Shown: in pieces, positions 1 to 7,656 of the stretch
Numbering within the stretch: the first letter of the stretch is position 1
How the letters are laid out: the number at the start of each line of letters is the position of its first letter
NCBI RefSeq assembly: GCF_019464535.1
Contig: NZ_CP080507.1
Coordinates: 2,100,001 to 2,132,000, forward strand
Reading direction: 5' to 3'
Source of the DNA: Horticoccus luteus
Lineage (GTDB): Bacteria; Verrucomicrobiota; Verrucomicrobiia; Opitutales; Opitutaceae
Length of the DNA: 32,000 nucleotides
Made by a program: the position numbers and the translations under genes
Notes under the pieces: generated by a model
Told to the model about the DNA's origin: nothing
The model's database searches: none
The model's input: only the letters and a program-made list of their open reading frames with translations

Positions 1-1151
1 GCCTGAAAGCCGTCGAATCGTCCGCGATTCCCGGGCCGGGCTCCTGCGGCGGCATGTACACCGCCAACACCATGGCGACCGCCATCGAAGCCCTCGGCCT
101 GAGCCTGCCGAACAGCAGCGCCCAGCTCGCCATCGGCAAGGAGAAGCGCGAGGACTGCGAGCGCGCCGGTGCTGCCGTCATGCACATGCTCAAAACGGGC
201 CTGCGCCCGCGCGACATCCTCACCCGCCACGCTTTCGAAAACGCGATCACCGTCTGCCTCGCTCTCGGCGGTTCCACCAACCTCATTCTCCACCTCCTCG
301 CCATCGCTCATTGCGCGGAAGTGCCGCTCACCATCGATGACTTCAAGGTCATTGGAGACCGCGTGCCGCTCCTCGCCGACCTCAAGCCGTTCGGCAAATA
401 CAACATGGCGCACCTCGTTCGCATCGGCGGCATCCGCCCGATGATGAAGGTGCTGCTCGATCGCGGCCTGCTCCACGGCGAGTGCCTCACGGTCACCGGC
501 GAAACCATCGCCGAAACGCTGCGCGACGTGCAGCCCTACGGCGCTTACCCGGCGGAACAGGACATCATTCGTCCGTGGGATCAGCCGATCAAAAAAGACA
601 CCCATCTCCGCGTGCTGCGCGGCAACCTCGCTCCGACCGGTGCCATCGGCAAAATCACCGGCAAGGAAGGCGTTTACTTCAAGGGCACCGCCAAAGTTTA
701 CGAGGGCGAGGAAGACGCGCTCAAAGGCATCCTCCGCGGCGACGTGGTGAAGGGCGACATCGTCGTTATCCGCAACGAAGGTCCCGTGGGCGGCCCTGGC
801 ATGCGCGAAATGCTTTCGCCCACCAGCGCAGTCGCCGGCCGCGGCTTGATCAAAGATGTCGCGCTCATCACCGACGGACGTTTCTCCGGCGGCAGCCACG
901 GATTCGACGTCGGCCACATCACTCCGGAAGCCGCCTGTGGCGGCCCCATCGGCATCGTGCGCAACGGCGACATCATCGAGATCGACGCGGTTAAAAACAC
1001 GATCGACCTTCGGATTCCCGACGCCGAATTCGCGGCACGCATGGCCGCCAACGCGCCGCGCCCGCCGCGGGAGAAACGCGGCGTCCTCGCCAAATACGCG
1101 AAACTCGTCGCCAGCGCCTCCGAGGGCGCCGTGACAGACAAACATTTGTGA
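1..1151 (+). CDS. ilvD: IlvD/Edd-family dehydratase (dihydroxy-acid dehydratase-like), 5'-truncated by the window edge
   Basis: Frame 3 is open from nt 3. Translation reads ...PGPGSCGGMYTANTM..., GGSTNLILHL and ITDGRFSGGSHG, which are hallmark IlvD/Edd motifs. Stop at 1149-1151. Confidence 0.9.
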   Translation, partial: LKAVESSAIPGPGSCGGMYTANTMATAIEALGLSLPNSSAQLAIGKEKREDCERAGAAVMHMLKTGLRPRDILTRHAFENAITVCLALGGSTNLILHLLAIAHCAEVPLTIDDFKVIGDRVPLLADLKPFGKYNMAHLVRIGGIRPMMKVLLDRGLLHGECLTVTGETIAETLRDVQPYGAYPAEQDIIRPWDQPIKKDTHLRVLRGNLAPTGAIGKITGKEGVYFKGTAKVYEGEEDALKGILRGDVVKGDIVVIRNEGPVGGPGMREMLSPTSAVAGRGLIKDVALITDGRFSGGSHGFDVGHITPEAACGGPIGIVRNGDIIEIDAVKNTIDLRIPDAEFAARMAANAPRPPREKRGVLAKYAKLVASASEGAVTDKHL

Positions 1152-1303
1152 GCTGGCGTCTCCGCTCACCACGCTGCGTCTGATCTCTTCAACGTCGCGC
1201 CCGCCGGCGTCATGCGCCAGTGGGCGCCCGGCGAGGCTGGCGTTTCGTCTGTGCTGTTGAACGGGCCGGCTCAGGTCGTGCCCAGGAACGCCGATTACGC
1301 CCG

Positions 1304-2380
1304 TCAATCGCTCCCGCGGACGCCGCTGGCCAGACGTTGCAGGACTTGCTCCGTCACCTTGCGCACGAGCGTATCCATCTGCGCGCCAGTGAACGCTTCA
1401 TTGGCACCGATCGCCGGCTTGATCGCCGCGCCTTTGAACGGGCCCGGATCACACAAATCGCACCCCGCCCGATCGCCGCGCGCATCGTCCATGCCGAGTT
1501 TCTTCCGGATCGCGATCAGGTCGCGCAGCTTGTCCGAGCCAAAGGAGTGCAACCCGCTGCCCAGCTGCGAAGCGATCCACACCGTTTTGCAGTAGGCGTC
1601 GATGTTCTCCATCTTCCAATACGCATCCTCTACGTCGCTGCCCCACGCGATCACGCCGTGATTTTCCATCAGCACGACCTGGTGGTTGACGCCGATCTGG
1701 CCGACGGAATTGGCCACGTCCGGCGACCCCGGCGTTTGGTAAGGCGCCAGGCCGATCTCGCCGATAAACACTTCCGCTTCGGGGATGAGGCACGGCGGTG
1801 GGACCACCGAGGCGATCGCAAACGCCGTGGCGTGCGGCGGGTGCGCATGCACGCACGCGCGCGCTTTCGGCTGACGCTTCATGATGCCCAAATGCGTCAA
1901 CGCCTCGCTCGTGCGCTTCTTCTCCCCGGCCAACTGTCGCCCCTCCAGATCGATCAGGCACATGTCTGACGGCTTCATGAAGCCCTTCGAAATGAGCGTG
2001 GGCGTGCAGAGCACGAGATCGTCGGTCACTCGCACCGTGATATTGCCGCCATTGCCGTCGACGTAGTCCTTCTCCCACATCCGGCGACCGATATCGCACA
2101 GCTTCACTTTCAGGGCCTCGATTTCCGGCGAATGGAAAAACGCCTGCACCGCCGCCGCATTTGTCACGTCGACGGAGTGTTTGCATCCACAGTTCCCCGG
2201 CTTCGCTTTGCTTTTCGGTTCCTCGCGCGCGGATGCAGTCCCGGGGCGTGCCGGCAACTTTCGGCTGCGCAACAAATCGCGCGCTGACGGCGTAAGCAAG
2301 GCGTCGGCCGGGAGGGCTTCCTCGCCCCGCCCTGCGCGCAGCAGTTGGGCGACATCTTCAGCGGTGATGACTGGGCGCAT
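1304..2380 (-). CDS. Class II (fuculose/rhamnulose-phosphate-type) aldolase, microcompartment-associated, with N- and C-terminal extensions
   Basis: An internal ATG at 2380 (MRPVITAEDV...) was chosen over the Arg/Gly-rich upstream extension of the 431-aa ORF. The core has DGNGGNITVR, THLGIMKRQP, ACVHAHPPHATAF and LMENHGVIAWG, typical of the class II aldolase/adducin fold. It is the last gene of the BMC shell operon. Confidence 0.85.
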   Translation of the reverse strand: MRPVITAEDVAQLLRAGRGEEALPADALLTPSARDLLRSRKLPARPGTASAREEPKSKAKPGNCGCKHSVDVTNAAAVQAFFHSPEIEALKVKLCDIGRRMWEKDYVDGNGGNITVRVTDDLVLCTPTLISKGFMKPSDMCLIDLEGRQLAGEKKRTSEALTHLGIMKRQPKARACVHAHPPHATAFAIASVVPPPCLIPEAEVFIGEIGLAPYQTPGSPDVANSVGQIGVNHQVVLMENHGVIAWGSDVEDAYWKMENIDAYCKTVWIASQLGSGLHSFGSDKLRDLIAIRKKLGMDDARGDRAGCDLCDPGPFKGAAIKPAIGANEAFTGAQMDTLVRKVTEQVLQRLASGVRGSD

Positions 2381-2388
2381 GAGCAGAA

Positions 2389-2685
2389 TTATTTCGGCGG
2401 TTGATAGTAAACGTCGTCGACGATCGCCGCGCAGTAGGCGTCGACCGGCGTTGGTTCGGCGAACGGCCGCGCTGCTTCCGAGCCCTCCGTGAATCCAACC
2501 ACGTGCCCGACTCCAGCGCCGAGCCGGTCGTAAACCACGAGCGCCGCGCCCGCCGCCAAGAGCTCCCCTGTCGGCGCGGCGAACTGGGCGGCCGTCCACG
2601 GTTGCACGAGCAGAAAGCGTCCGCCGCGATAGGCCGGCTCCTGCCGGCTCAGCGTGACGGTGCCGATGACGTGTCCGAGGCGCAT
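2389..2685 (-). CDS. BMC-P pentameric vertex protein (EutN/CcmL family), paralog 1
   Basis: 98 aa with an ATG start verified at 2683-2685. N-terminus MRLGHVIGTVTLSRQ...RFLLVQP is the typical EutN/CcmL signature. Confidence 0.85.
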   Translation of the reverse strand: MRLGHVIGTVTLSRQEPAYRGGRFLLVQPWTAAQFAAPTGELLAAGAALVVYDRLGAGVGHVVGFTEGSEAARPFAEPTPVDAYCAAIVDDVYYQPPK

Positions 2686-2688
2686 GGC

Positions 2689-2952
2689 TCAGGCCGCGGA
2701 ATCGAGCACCGCGATGATCATGTTGCGCAGCGGCGAGTGCTCGTCGCCGACTCGCGCCCGGGTCGCGCCGCCGTCGGTCGACACGAGCACGTGTTGATGT
2801 TGCCCTGCGCCGTGCGGATCGAGCGCGAGCACCGGCGCGCCCTCGGCGTCGCCGCGCTCATCAAGCGGCTGGCAGATCACGGTGCGGCAACCGTGCAAAC
2901 TCGGATGCGCCACCGTTGTCACGATGACTCCGTCGATGCGGGCGCGGATCAT
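2689..2952 (-). CDS. BMC-P pentameric vertex protein (EutN/CcmL family), paralog 2
   Basis: An internal ATG at 2952 gives MIRARIDGVIVTTVAHPSLHG...VICQPLD, which is EutN-like, at 87 aa. The longer ORF start adds non-protein-like residues. Confidence 0.8.
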   Translation of the reverse strand: MIRARIDGVIVTTVAHPSLHGCRTVICQPLDERGDAEGAPVLALDPHGAGQHQHVLVSTDGGATRARVGDEHSPLRNMIIAVLDSAA

Positions 2953-2965
2953 GGCTGGGCGACGC

Positions 2966-3286
2966 TCACTTCTTTTCCGCCGCGCGCGGATGGACGGTTT
3001 GTCGCTGCACCTCGACTGTATCGACAATGCCCACAATCACGGCATCGACCGGCAGCGACTGCATCCCTTGCGCCTGCCGCGCGGAGCTGCCTTGGCAAAA
3101 CATCACCGTCTCGCCTTCGCCAGCACCGAGCGGATCGACCGCCACGACGGTGTTGCCCGCAGGCTTCAGTTGGACGGGCGAACTGTCGTCCACCACCAGC
3201 GGACGAAGGAGCAAAAGTTTTTGCCCCGTCATCGCCGCCTCCTTTTGCGTGGCGACGACGTGGCCGATGACGCGTGCGAGCAGCAT
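2966..3286 (-). CDS. BMC-P pentameric vertex protein (EutN/CcmL family), paralog 3
   Basis: 106 aa. MLLARVIGHVVATQKEAAMTGQKLLLLRPL is EutN/CcmL-like. ATG verified at 3284-3286. Confidence 0.85.
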   Translation of the reverse strand: MLLARVIGHVVATQKEAAMTGQKLLLLRPLVVDDSSPVQLKPAGNTVVAVDPLGAGEGETVMFCQGSSARQAQGMQSLPVDAVIVGIVDTVEVQRQTVHPRAAEKK

Positions 3287-3293
3287 GGCGGAA

Positions 3294-3593
3294 TTATTTC
3301 CCCGTCTTGGCCGTCGCGCGCTTGGGCAGCACCATCGCCACTTCCTCGTGCGGCCGTGGGATCACCTGCACACTCACCACTTCGCCCGCGGCCCGGGCCG
3401 CCTGTGCGCCGGCATCCGTGGCGGCTTTCACGGCGGCGACATCGCCGACGACAACCGCGCTCACGAGACCGTGGCCGATTTGTTTCACGGGACCGGCGAG
3501 CGTGACGTTGGCGGATTTCAACATCGCATCGGTGCCGGCGACGAGCGCGACGAGGCCGCGCGTTTCAAGTAGACCAATGGCTTTGGGAGGCAT
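3294..3593 (-). CDS. BMC-H hexameric shell protein (PduA/EutM-like, Pfam00936-type)
   Basis: 99 aa. [26 protein letters not shown]...[16 protein letters not shown]...[10 protein letters not shown] is the canonical BMC domain pattern. Confidence 0.9.
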   Translation of the reverse strand: MPPKAIGLLETRGLVALVAGTDAMLKSANVTLAGPVKQIGHGLVSAVVVGDVAAVKAATDAGAQAARAAGEVVSVQVIPRPHEEVAMVLPKRATAKTGK

Positions 3594-3613
3594 GGGGAAA
3601 GGAGAGATTGAGG

Positions 3614-3904
3614 TTACGCCGCCGGGCTGCCGATCCAGGGACCGAGTTGCCCTAATTCTTCGTGCGGCCGGGGAATCACCTGGATAGCGACCACCTCGCC
3701 GACTTTGGCGGCGGTTTCAGCCGCTGCATCGAGCGCCGCTTTCACCGCAGCGACATCGCCCCGGAAAAACGCCGTGACGTAGCCGCCGCCGGTTTGCTGC
3801 CAGCCGTTCATCGTCACGCCCGCCGCTTTCAACGCGGCGTCGGAGGCTTCAATCAACGCGCACAGACCGCGCGTTTCAATCATGCCGAGTGCTTCTTGTC
3901 TCAT
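3614..3904 (-). CDS. BMC-H hexameric shell protein
   Basis: 96 aa. [26 protein letters not shown]...[15 protein letters not shown]...[10 protein letters not shown]. Confidence 0.9.
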   Translation of the reverse strand: MRQEALGMIETRGLCALIEASDAALKAAGVTMNGWQQTGGGYVTAFFRGDVAAVKAALDAAAETAAKVGEVVAIQVIPRPHEELGQLGPWIGSPAA

Positions 3905-3923
3905 GGTGCGAAGGGTTGAGGGG

Positions 3924-4193
3924 TCAGACGCCGAGCTGTTTCAACAAATCAGGATGAGGGCGCGCGATCACGTGCGAACACACGAGTTCGCCCGCGCGTT
4001 TCGCGGCATCGGCGCCCGCATCGACCGCGGCTTTCACACTGCCGACATCGCCGCGCACGATCACGGTGACGAAGCCGCCGCCAATTTCGAACTGCCGCGC
4101 CAACGATACGTTGGCGGCCTTCACCATGGCGTCGCTGGCCTCGATGCTGCCGACGTAGCCGCGGGTTTCTACCATTCCGATGGAGTCATTCAT
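3924..4193 (-). CDS. BMC-H hexameric shell protein
   Basis: [26 protein letters not shown]...[15 protein letters not shown]...HVIARPH. The track ORF start at 4238 is a TTG codon. The first ATG (4193, MNDSIGMVE...) gives the normal BMC-H N-terminus, though the TTG start cannot be excluded. Confidence 0.85.
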   Translation of the reverse strand: MNDSIGMVETRGYVGSIEASDAMVKAANVSLARQFEIGGGFVTVIVRGDVGSVKAAVDAGADAAKRAGELVCSHVIARPHPDLLKQLGV

Positions 4194-4234
4194 AAAACGA
4201 GTGGGTGGAGTGCTGGGAAAAATTGATGCGCTGT

Positions 4235-4879
4235 TCAAAGGCGCGTGAGGATGCGCCCCACGCCGTCACTCGGCCGGGCGATCACATGCGCGGAAATGAG
4301 TTTGCCCACGGACTCCGCCGCCGCGCGGCCTGCCGCGACCGCGGCCGTGACGCCCGCGACATCGCCTTCGAAGATCACCGTGATGTAACCGCCGCCGAGT
4401 TTCTCCTTCGCGATGAGCCGCACATTCGCGGCCTTGCACGCGGCATCCGCCGCCGCGGTGACCGCGGTGAAGCCTTGAGTTTCGATGAGGCCAATCGCCT
4501 CGGAAGGTGAAGAGGAATCAGCCATGGTGGGAGAAGGACGCGGGCGAGGGATGAAAACGACTTCCTGATCGAGCAACGGTTGAAACTCCGACGCGGCTTC
4601 GATCACCGGCCACGCGCCGGCATCGGGAGCTGACAACGCCCGCGCGGTAAACGCGACCTTCATCGCCTGCGCCGTCGCGCACGCTGCTTCGACCGTCAGA
4701 CGCACCGAGGCCACGTCCCCCGTGAGTTTCAGAAACAGCCCGTAGTAATCGTTGAGCTCCGCCTGCAAGACTTGCACGAACGCCGCTTTCTCCACGCGAT
4801 CGAGCACGACCAGCGCCGCGCCGAGCGAGTGAATCTCGAGCAGCGCGACAGCGGGCGGTCTTTCGGTGCGTGCAGGCAT
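4235..4879 (-). CDS. BMC-T-like tandem BMC-domain shell protein
   Basis: 214 aa with two BMC-like halves. The divergent first half reads [23 protein letters not shown]...[15 protein letters not shown]. The canonical second half reads [26 protein letters not shown]...[15 protein letters not shown]...HVIARP. Confidence 0.8.
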   Translation of the reverse strand: MPARTERPPAVALLEIHSLGAALVVLDRVEKAAFVQVLQAELNDYYGLFLKLTGDVASVRLTVEAACATAQAMKVAFTARALSAPDAGAWPVIEAASEFQPLLDQEVVFIPRPRPSPTMADSSSPSEAIGLIETQGFTAVTAAADAACKAANVRLIAKEKLGGGYITVIFEGDVAGVTAAVAAGRAAAESVGKLISAHVIARPSDGVGRILTRL

Positions 4880-4888
4880 GGTGCATGA

Positions 4889-5734
4889 TCACAGGGTCGC
4901 CGCCTGCGCGCGGAGAAAATTCCGCAACAGCATCGTCTCGGAAATGTTGTCGCTCTCGTTGCAGTGCTCCCAATCGATCCAGACGTATTCCACGCCCACC
5001 CAGCCGCGATACTTCGCGGCTTTCATCGCTGCGAGGACGCGCGCGTAGTCGATCGTGTTTTGTTTAAAGTTGCACTGCAACCGGCCGCGGCACGCTCCGC
5101 GCGCATGAAAATGGCTCGCGTGCGCGATAAGCGGTTCGACGCGTTTGTCCGCAATGCCCGCCCGCGTGAAATGCGTGTAGTCGAGCGTCAGCGTCAGGCC
5201 CGGCGCGCGTCGCACGAGGTCGAGCGTCTCTTCGGGCGTCGTCGCGATCGAGCCGACATGCGCCTCCGTGCCAAACACCAGTCCCGCCGCGCTCGCCTGC
5301 TCGACCCGCCACTGCAACTCCGCCGCGGCCCGCGCGAGCGAGGCATCGCGCCCTTCCTCGGGAAACGCGATCCCCGGTAGCGTGGTCACATGCTGGCAGC
5401 CGAGCGCATCCGCAAAATCAAGCGTCCGCAAAAACCAGTCGCGCGCCTTGCGCCGCGCGCCGGCGTTCGGCTGGTTGATCGCGAACGGCGCGAAGTCCGG
5501 CGCCATCTGCAGAAACACATCGGCCGCCTTCAGCCCGCGCGCGGTCAGCGCCCGGCGCAACCTGCGCGCGCTCGATCGCGGTTGTTTCAACTCGCGCGAC
5601 GGCCACAGGTGCGAACGCGATTCGAACAACCCAATATCCACACCTCGGAAACCCATCATCGAGATGAGCTCCAGCGCATGCAGATGGCTGAGCAACGGAA
5701 ACGTGAAGTCGGCGCAGGCGAATTTTGCGTTCAT
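4889..5734 (-). CDS. Sugar phosphate isomerase/epimerase (xylose isomerase-like TIM barrel) family protein
   Basis: 281 aa with a pattern of alternating strand/helix segments. Conserved-looking acidic/His positions occur at FGTEAHVG, TLDYTHF and GVEYVW, typical of the AP-endonuclease-2/xylose-isomerase-like fold. ATG verified. Confidence 0.7.
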   Translation of the reverse strand: MNAKFACADFTFPLLSHLHALELISMMGFRGVDIGLFESRSHLWPSRELKQPRSSARRLRRALTARGLKAADVFLQMAPDFAPFAINQPNAGARRKARDWFLRTLDFADALGCQHVTTLPGIAFPEEGRDASLARAAAELQWRVEQASAAGLVFGTEAHVGSIATTPEETLDLVRRAPGLTLTLDYTHFTRAGIADKRVEPLIAHASHFHARGACRGRLQCNFKQNTIDYARVLAAMKAAKYRGWVGVEYVWIDWEHCNESDNISETMLLRNFLRAQAATL

Positions 5735-5740
5735 GGGACG

Positions 5741-6580
5741 TTAGAGATTCTCCTGAAAAGCTGTCGCGCCGGTGCATTGCCACTCCGCCGCCGTGAGATA
5801 GCCGCAGTCGATCGTCACCGACGTGCCCGTGATGCCCGCCGAGTCTTCGCAGCTGAAGTAGAGAATCGATTTTGCCACATCCAGCGGCGAGAGCGGCACG
5901 CCCATCGGCACGCGTCGCAACCGCTCGGCGAGCGCCGCCTGCGGATCCGGCCGCACATTGAGATGCTCCCACAACATCGGCGTATCGGTGATGCCCGGGC
6001 AGACGCAGTTGCACCGCACACCCTCCGCCGCGTAGTCGAGCGCGATGGACCGCGTGAGCCCGAGGATCGCGTGCTTCGATGTGGTATAAACCGGCGTGCG
6101 CGCTTGTCCGACGAAGCTGCTGATCGAGCCCACGTTCACCACGTAGCCGCGCCGCGCCGCGCGCAGGTGCGGATACGCATGTTTAAAAGCGAAGAACATC
6201 GACTTCACGTTCACGTCCATCACGCGATCCCATTGCTCCGCCGAATACTCGTGCAGATCGCGCACTTCGACCATGCCGGCGTTGTTCACGAGAATATCGA
6301 GCCGCCCGAAGCGCTCCACCGTCGCCGCAATCGAACGCTGCACGTCCGCCTCGCGACTCACATCGGCCTCGATCGCGAATGCCGCTCCACCCGCCGCCGC
6401 GATCCGTTCGACGAGCGCCCGCCCGAGATCGCCGCGCCGTCCGATCACCGCCACGCGGGCGCCTTCGCGCGCAAACAGCTCCGCCGCCGCCGCGCCGATA
6501 CCCGACGTGGCCCCGCTGATCCATGCGACCCGCCCGGCCAGGCGGCCGTGGGTCGAAGAAGATGTTGCGTCGCTGTTCAT
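5741..6580 (-). CDS. Short-chain dehydrogenase/reductase (SDR)
   Basis: An internal ATG at 6580 gives MNSDATSS...GRVAWISGATSGIGAAAA (the TGxxxGIG Rossmann motif). NNAG and the YTTSK (YxxxK) catalytic motif are both present. The upstream extension of the track ORF is Arg-rich junk. Confidence 0.9.
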   Translation of the reverse strand: MNSDATSSSTHGRLAGRVAWISGATSGIGAAAAELFAREGARVAVIGRRGDLGRALVERIAAAGGAAFAIEADVSREADVQRSIAATVERFGRLDILVNNAGMVEVRDLHEYSAEQWDRVMDVNVKSMFFAFKHAYPHLRAARRGYVVNVGSISSFVGQARTPVYTTSKHAILGLTRSIALDYAAEGVRCNCVCPGITDTPMLWEHLNVRPDPQAALAERLRRVPMGVPLSPLDVAKSILYFSCEDSAGITGTSVTIDCGYLTAAEWQCTGATAFQENL

Positions 6581-6603
6581 GAAAATTTGGGTCGCGCGCT
6601 GGT

Positions 6604-7644
6604 TCAGTCGCCGCGGACTCGCCGCCACTTCGCTTGAAACGACGGTTTCTCGAATACCGCCGGATTCACTACGCCGCGCGGCTGACGGCCGAGTGAAAGA
6701 TCGATCATCCCTTGGCAGGCGGTCCGGCCGATGTCGCGGAATAGTTCGTTCGTCCAGGCGATGCTGTGAGGCGCGAGCAGCACGTTGTCCAGATTGGCGA
6801 ACGGATGGCCCGCCGCGACCGGCTCTGTGGCGAAACAATCCAGCGCCGCGCCAGCGATGCGACCAGCCTCCAGCGCGTCACGCAGCGCTGCTTCGTCGAC
6901 AATGCCGCCGCGCGCGGTGTTCAGCAGATACGCCGTCGACTTCATCAGCCCGATTTGCTCTGCGCCGATGAGCCCGCGCGTCTGCGGACTCAGCGGGCAA
7001 TGCACCGAAACGAAATCCGCTTCGCGCATCAGCTCGTCCAGCGAAACCAGTCGCGCGCCCGCCTGCGCCGCCGCTTCGGGCGTCATGAAGGGATCGAACG
7101 CGAGCGGCGGTTTCATGCCCCAACCCGCCAGCAGTTTGATCACCGTGCGGGCAATGCCACCGAGCCCGATCACGCCGAGCGTGCGATCGCGCAATTCTGC
7201 ACCCATGAACCGCGAACGCGCGTCCCACTCTCCCGTGCGCGCGAGGCGGTCCTTCACGCGCATGTGATGCGTCAACGCAATCATCCAGCCGACCGTAGCC
7301 TCCGCCACCGGCCGGTCCACCGCGCCCGTCGTGATAAATACCGCCACATCCGCCGCCGTGCACGCCGCGACATCGACGGAATCGTAGCCCACGCCAAAGC
7401 GACCTACGGCAATCAAGTCACCGGCCTGCGCTACACTTTGAGCCGTCACCTTGGGCGTTAAAACGATGACGCCGTTGGCGCCCGCGAGTTGTTCAGGTGC
7501 GATCTCCGGCCGGTGTTCGGCAAACGCCGACGTCGTGATGTGCGGTGCCTCGGCGAGCACGGACAGCCCGATGTCGGCATACTTGCCCCGTCCGGCGGCA
7601 TCGAAAAAATCCGCCGTTAACTTGAGGTTGAAAGGAGCAGTCAT
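6604..7644 (-). CDS. D-isomer-specific 2-hydroxyacid dehydrogenase family protein (NAD-binding)
   Basis: GVIGLGGIARTV (the GxGxxG motif), ADFVSVHCPL, LLNTARGGIVDE and LLAPHSIAWT are classic D-2-HADH motifs. The track start at 7650 is TTG, and the first ATG is at 7644. Confidence 0.85.
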   Translation of the reverse strand: MTAPFNLKLTADFFDAAGRGKYADIGLSVLAEAPHITTSAFAEHRPEIAPEQLAGANGVIVLTPKVTAQSVAQAGDLIAVGRFGVGYDSVDVAACTAADVAVFITTGAVDRPVAEATVGWMIALTHHMRVKDRLARTGEWDARSRFMGAELRDRTLGVIGLGGIARTVIKLLAGWGMKPPLAFDPFMTPEAAAQAGARLVSLDELMREADFVSVHCPLSPQTRGLIGAEQIGLMKSTAYLLNTARGGIVDEAALRDALEAGRIAGAALDCFATEPVAAGHPFANLDNVLLAPHSIAWTNELFRDIGRTACQGMIDLSLGRQPRGVVNPAVFEKPSFQAKWRRVRGD

Positions 7645-7656
7645 ACGCAAAGCAGA

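Noticed and set aside
1152-1303. Bidirectional intrinsic terminator between the convergent ilvD-like and aldolase genes
   Set aside because: Only imperfect GC-rich complementarity was found (gcgccc...gggcgc around 1198-1226), with no flanking T or A runs. This is not convincing enough to annotate.
1304-2599. Long N-terminal extensions of several track ORFs (1304..2599, 5741..6838, 7657..9447, 25738..28581, 15403..16821, 20140..21918)
   Set aside because: The extensions are Arg/Gly-rich or begin at GTG/TTG codons and overlap upstream genes. Internal ATGs give family-typical N-termini and tidy gene spacing.
5390-6637. 415-aa plus-strand ORF antisense to the TIM-barrel and SDR genes
   Set aside because: The translation is an Arg/Ala/His-rich low-complexity string with no recognisable motifs. 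It lies opposite two genes with clear family signatures, so it is a typical high-GC antisense open frame.
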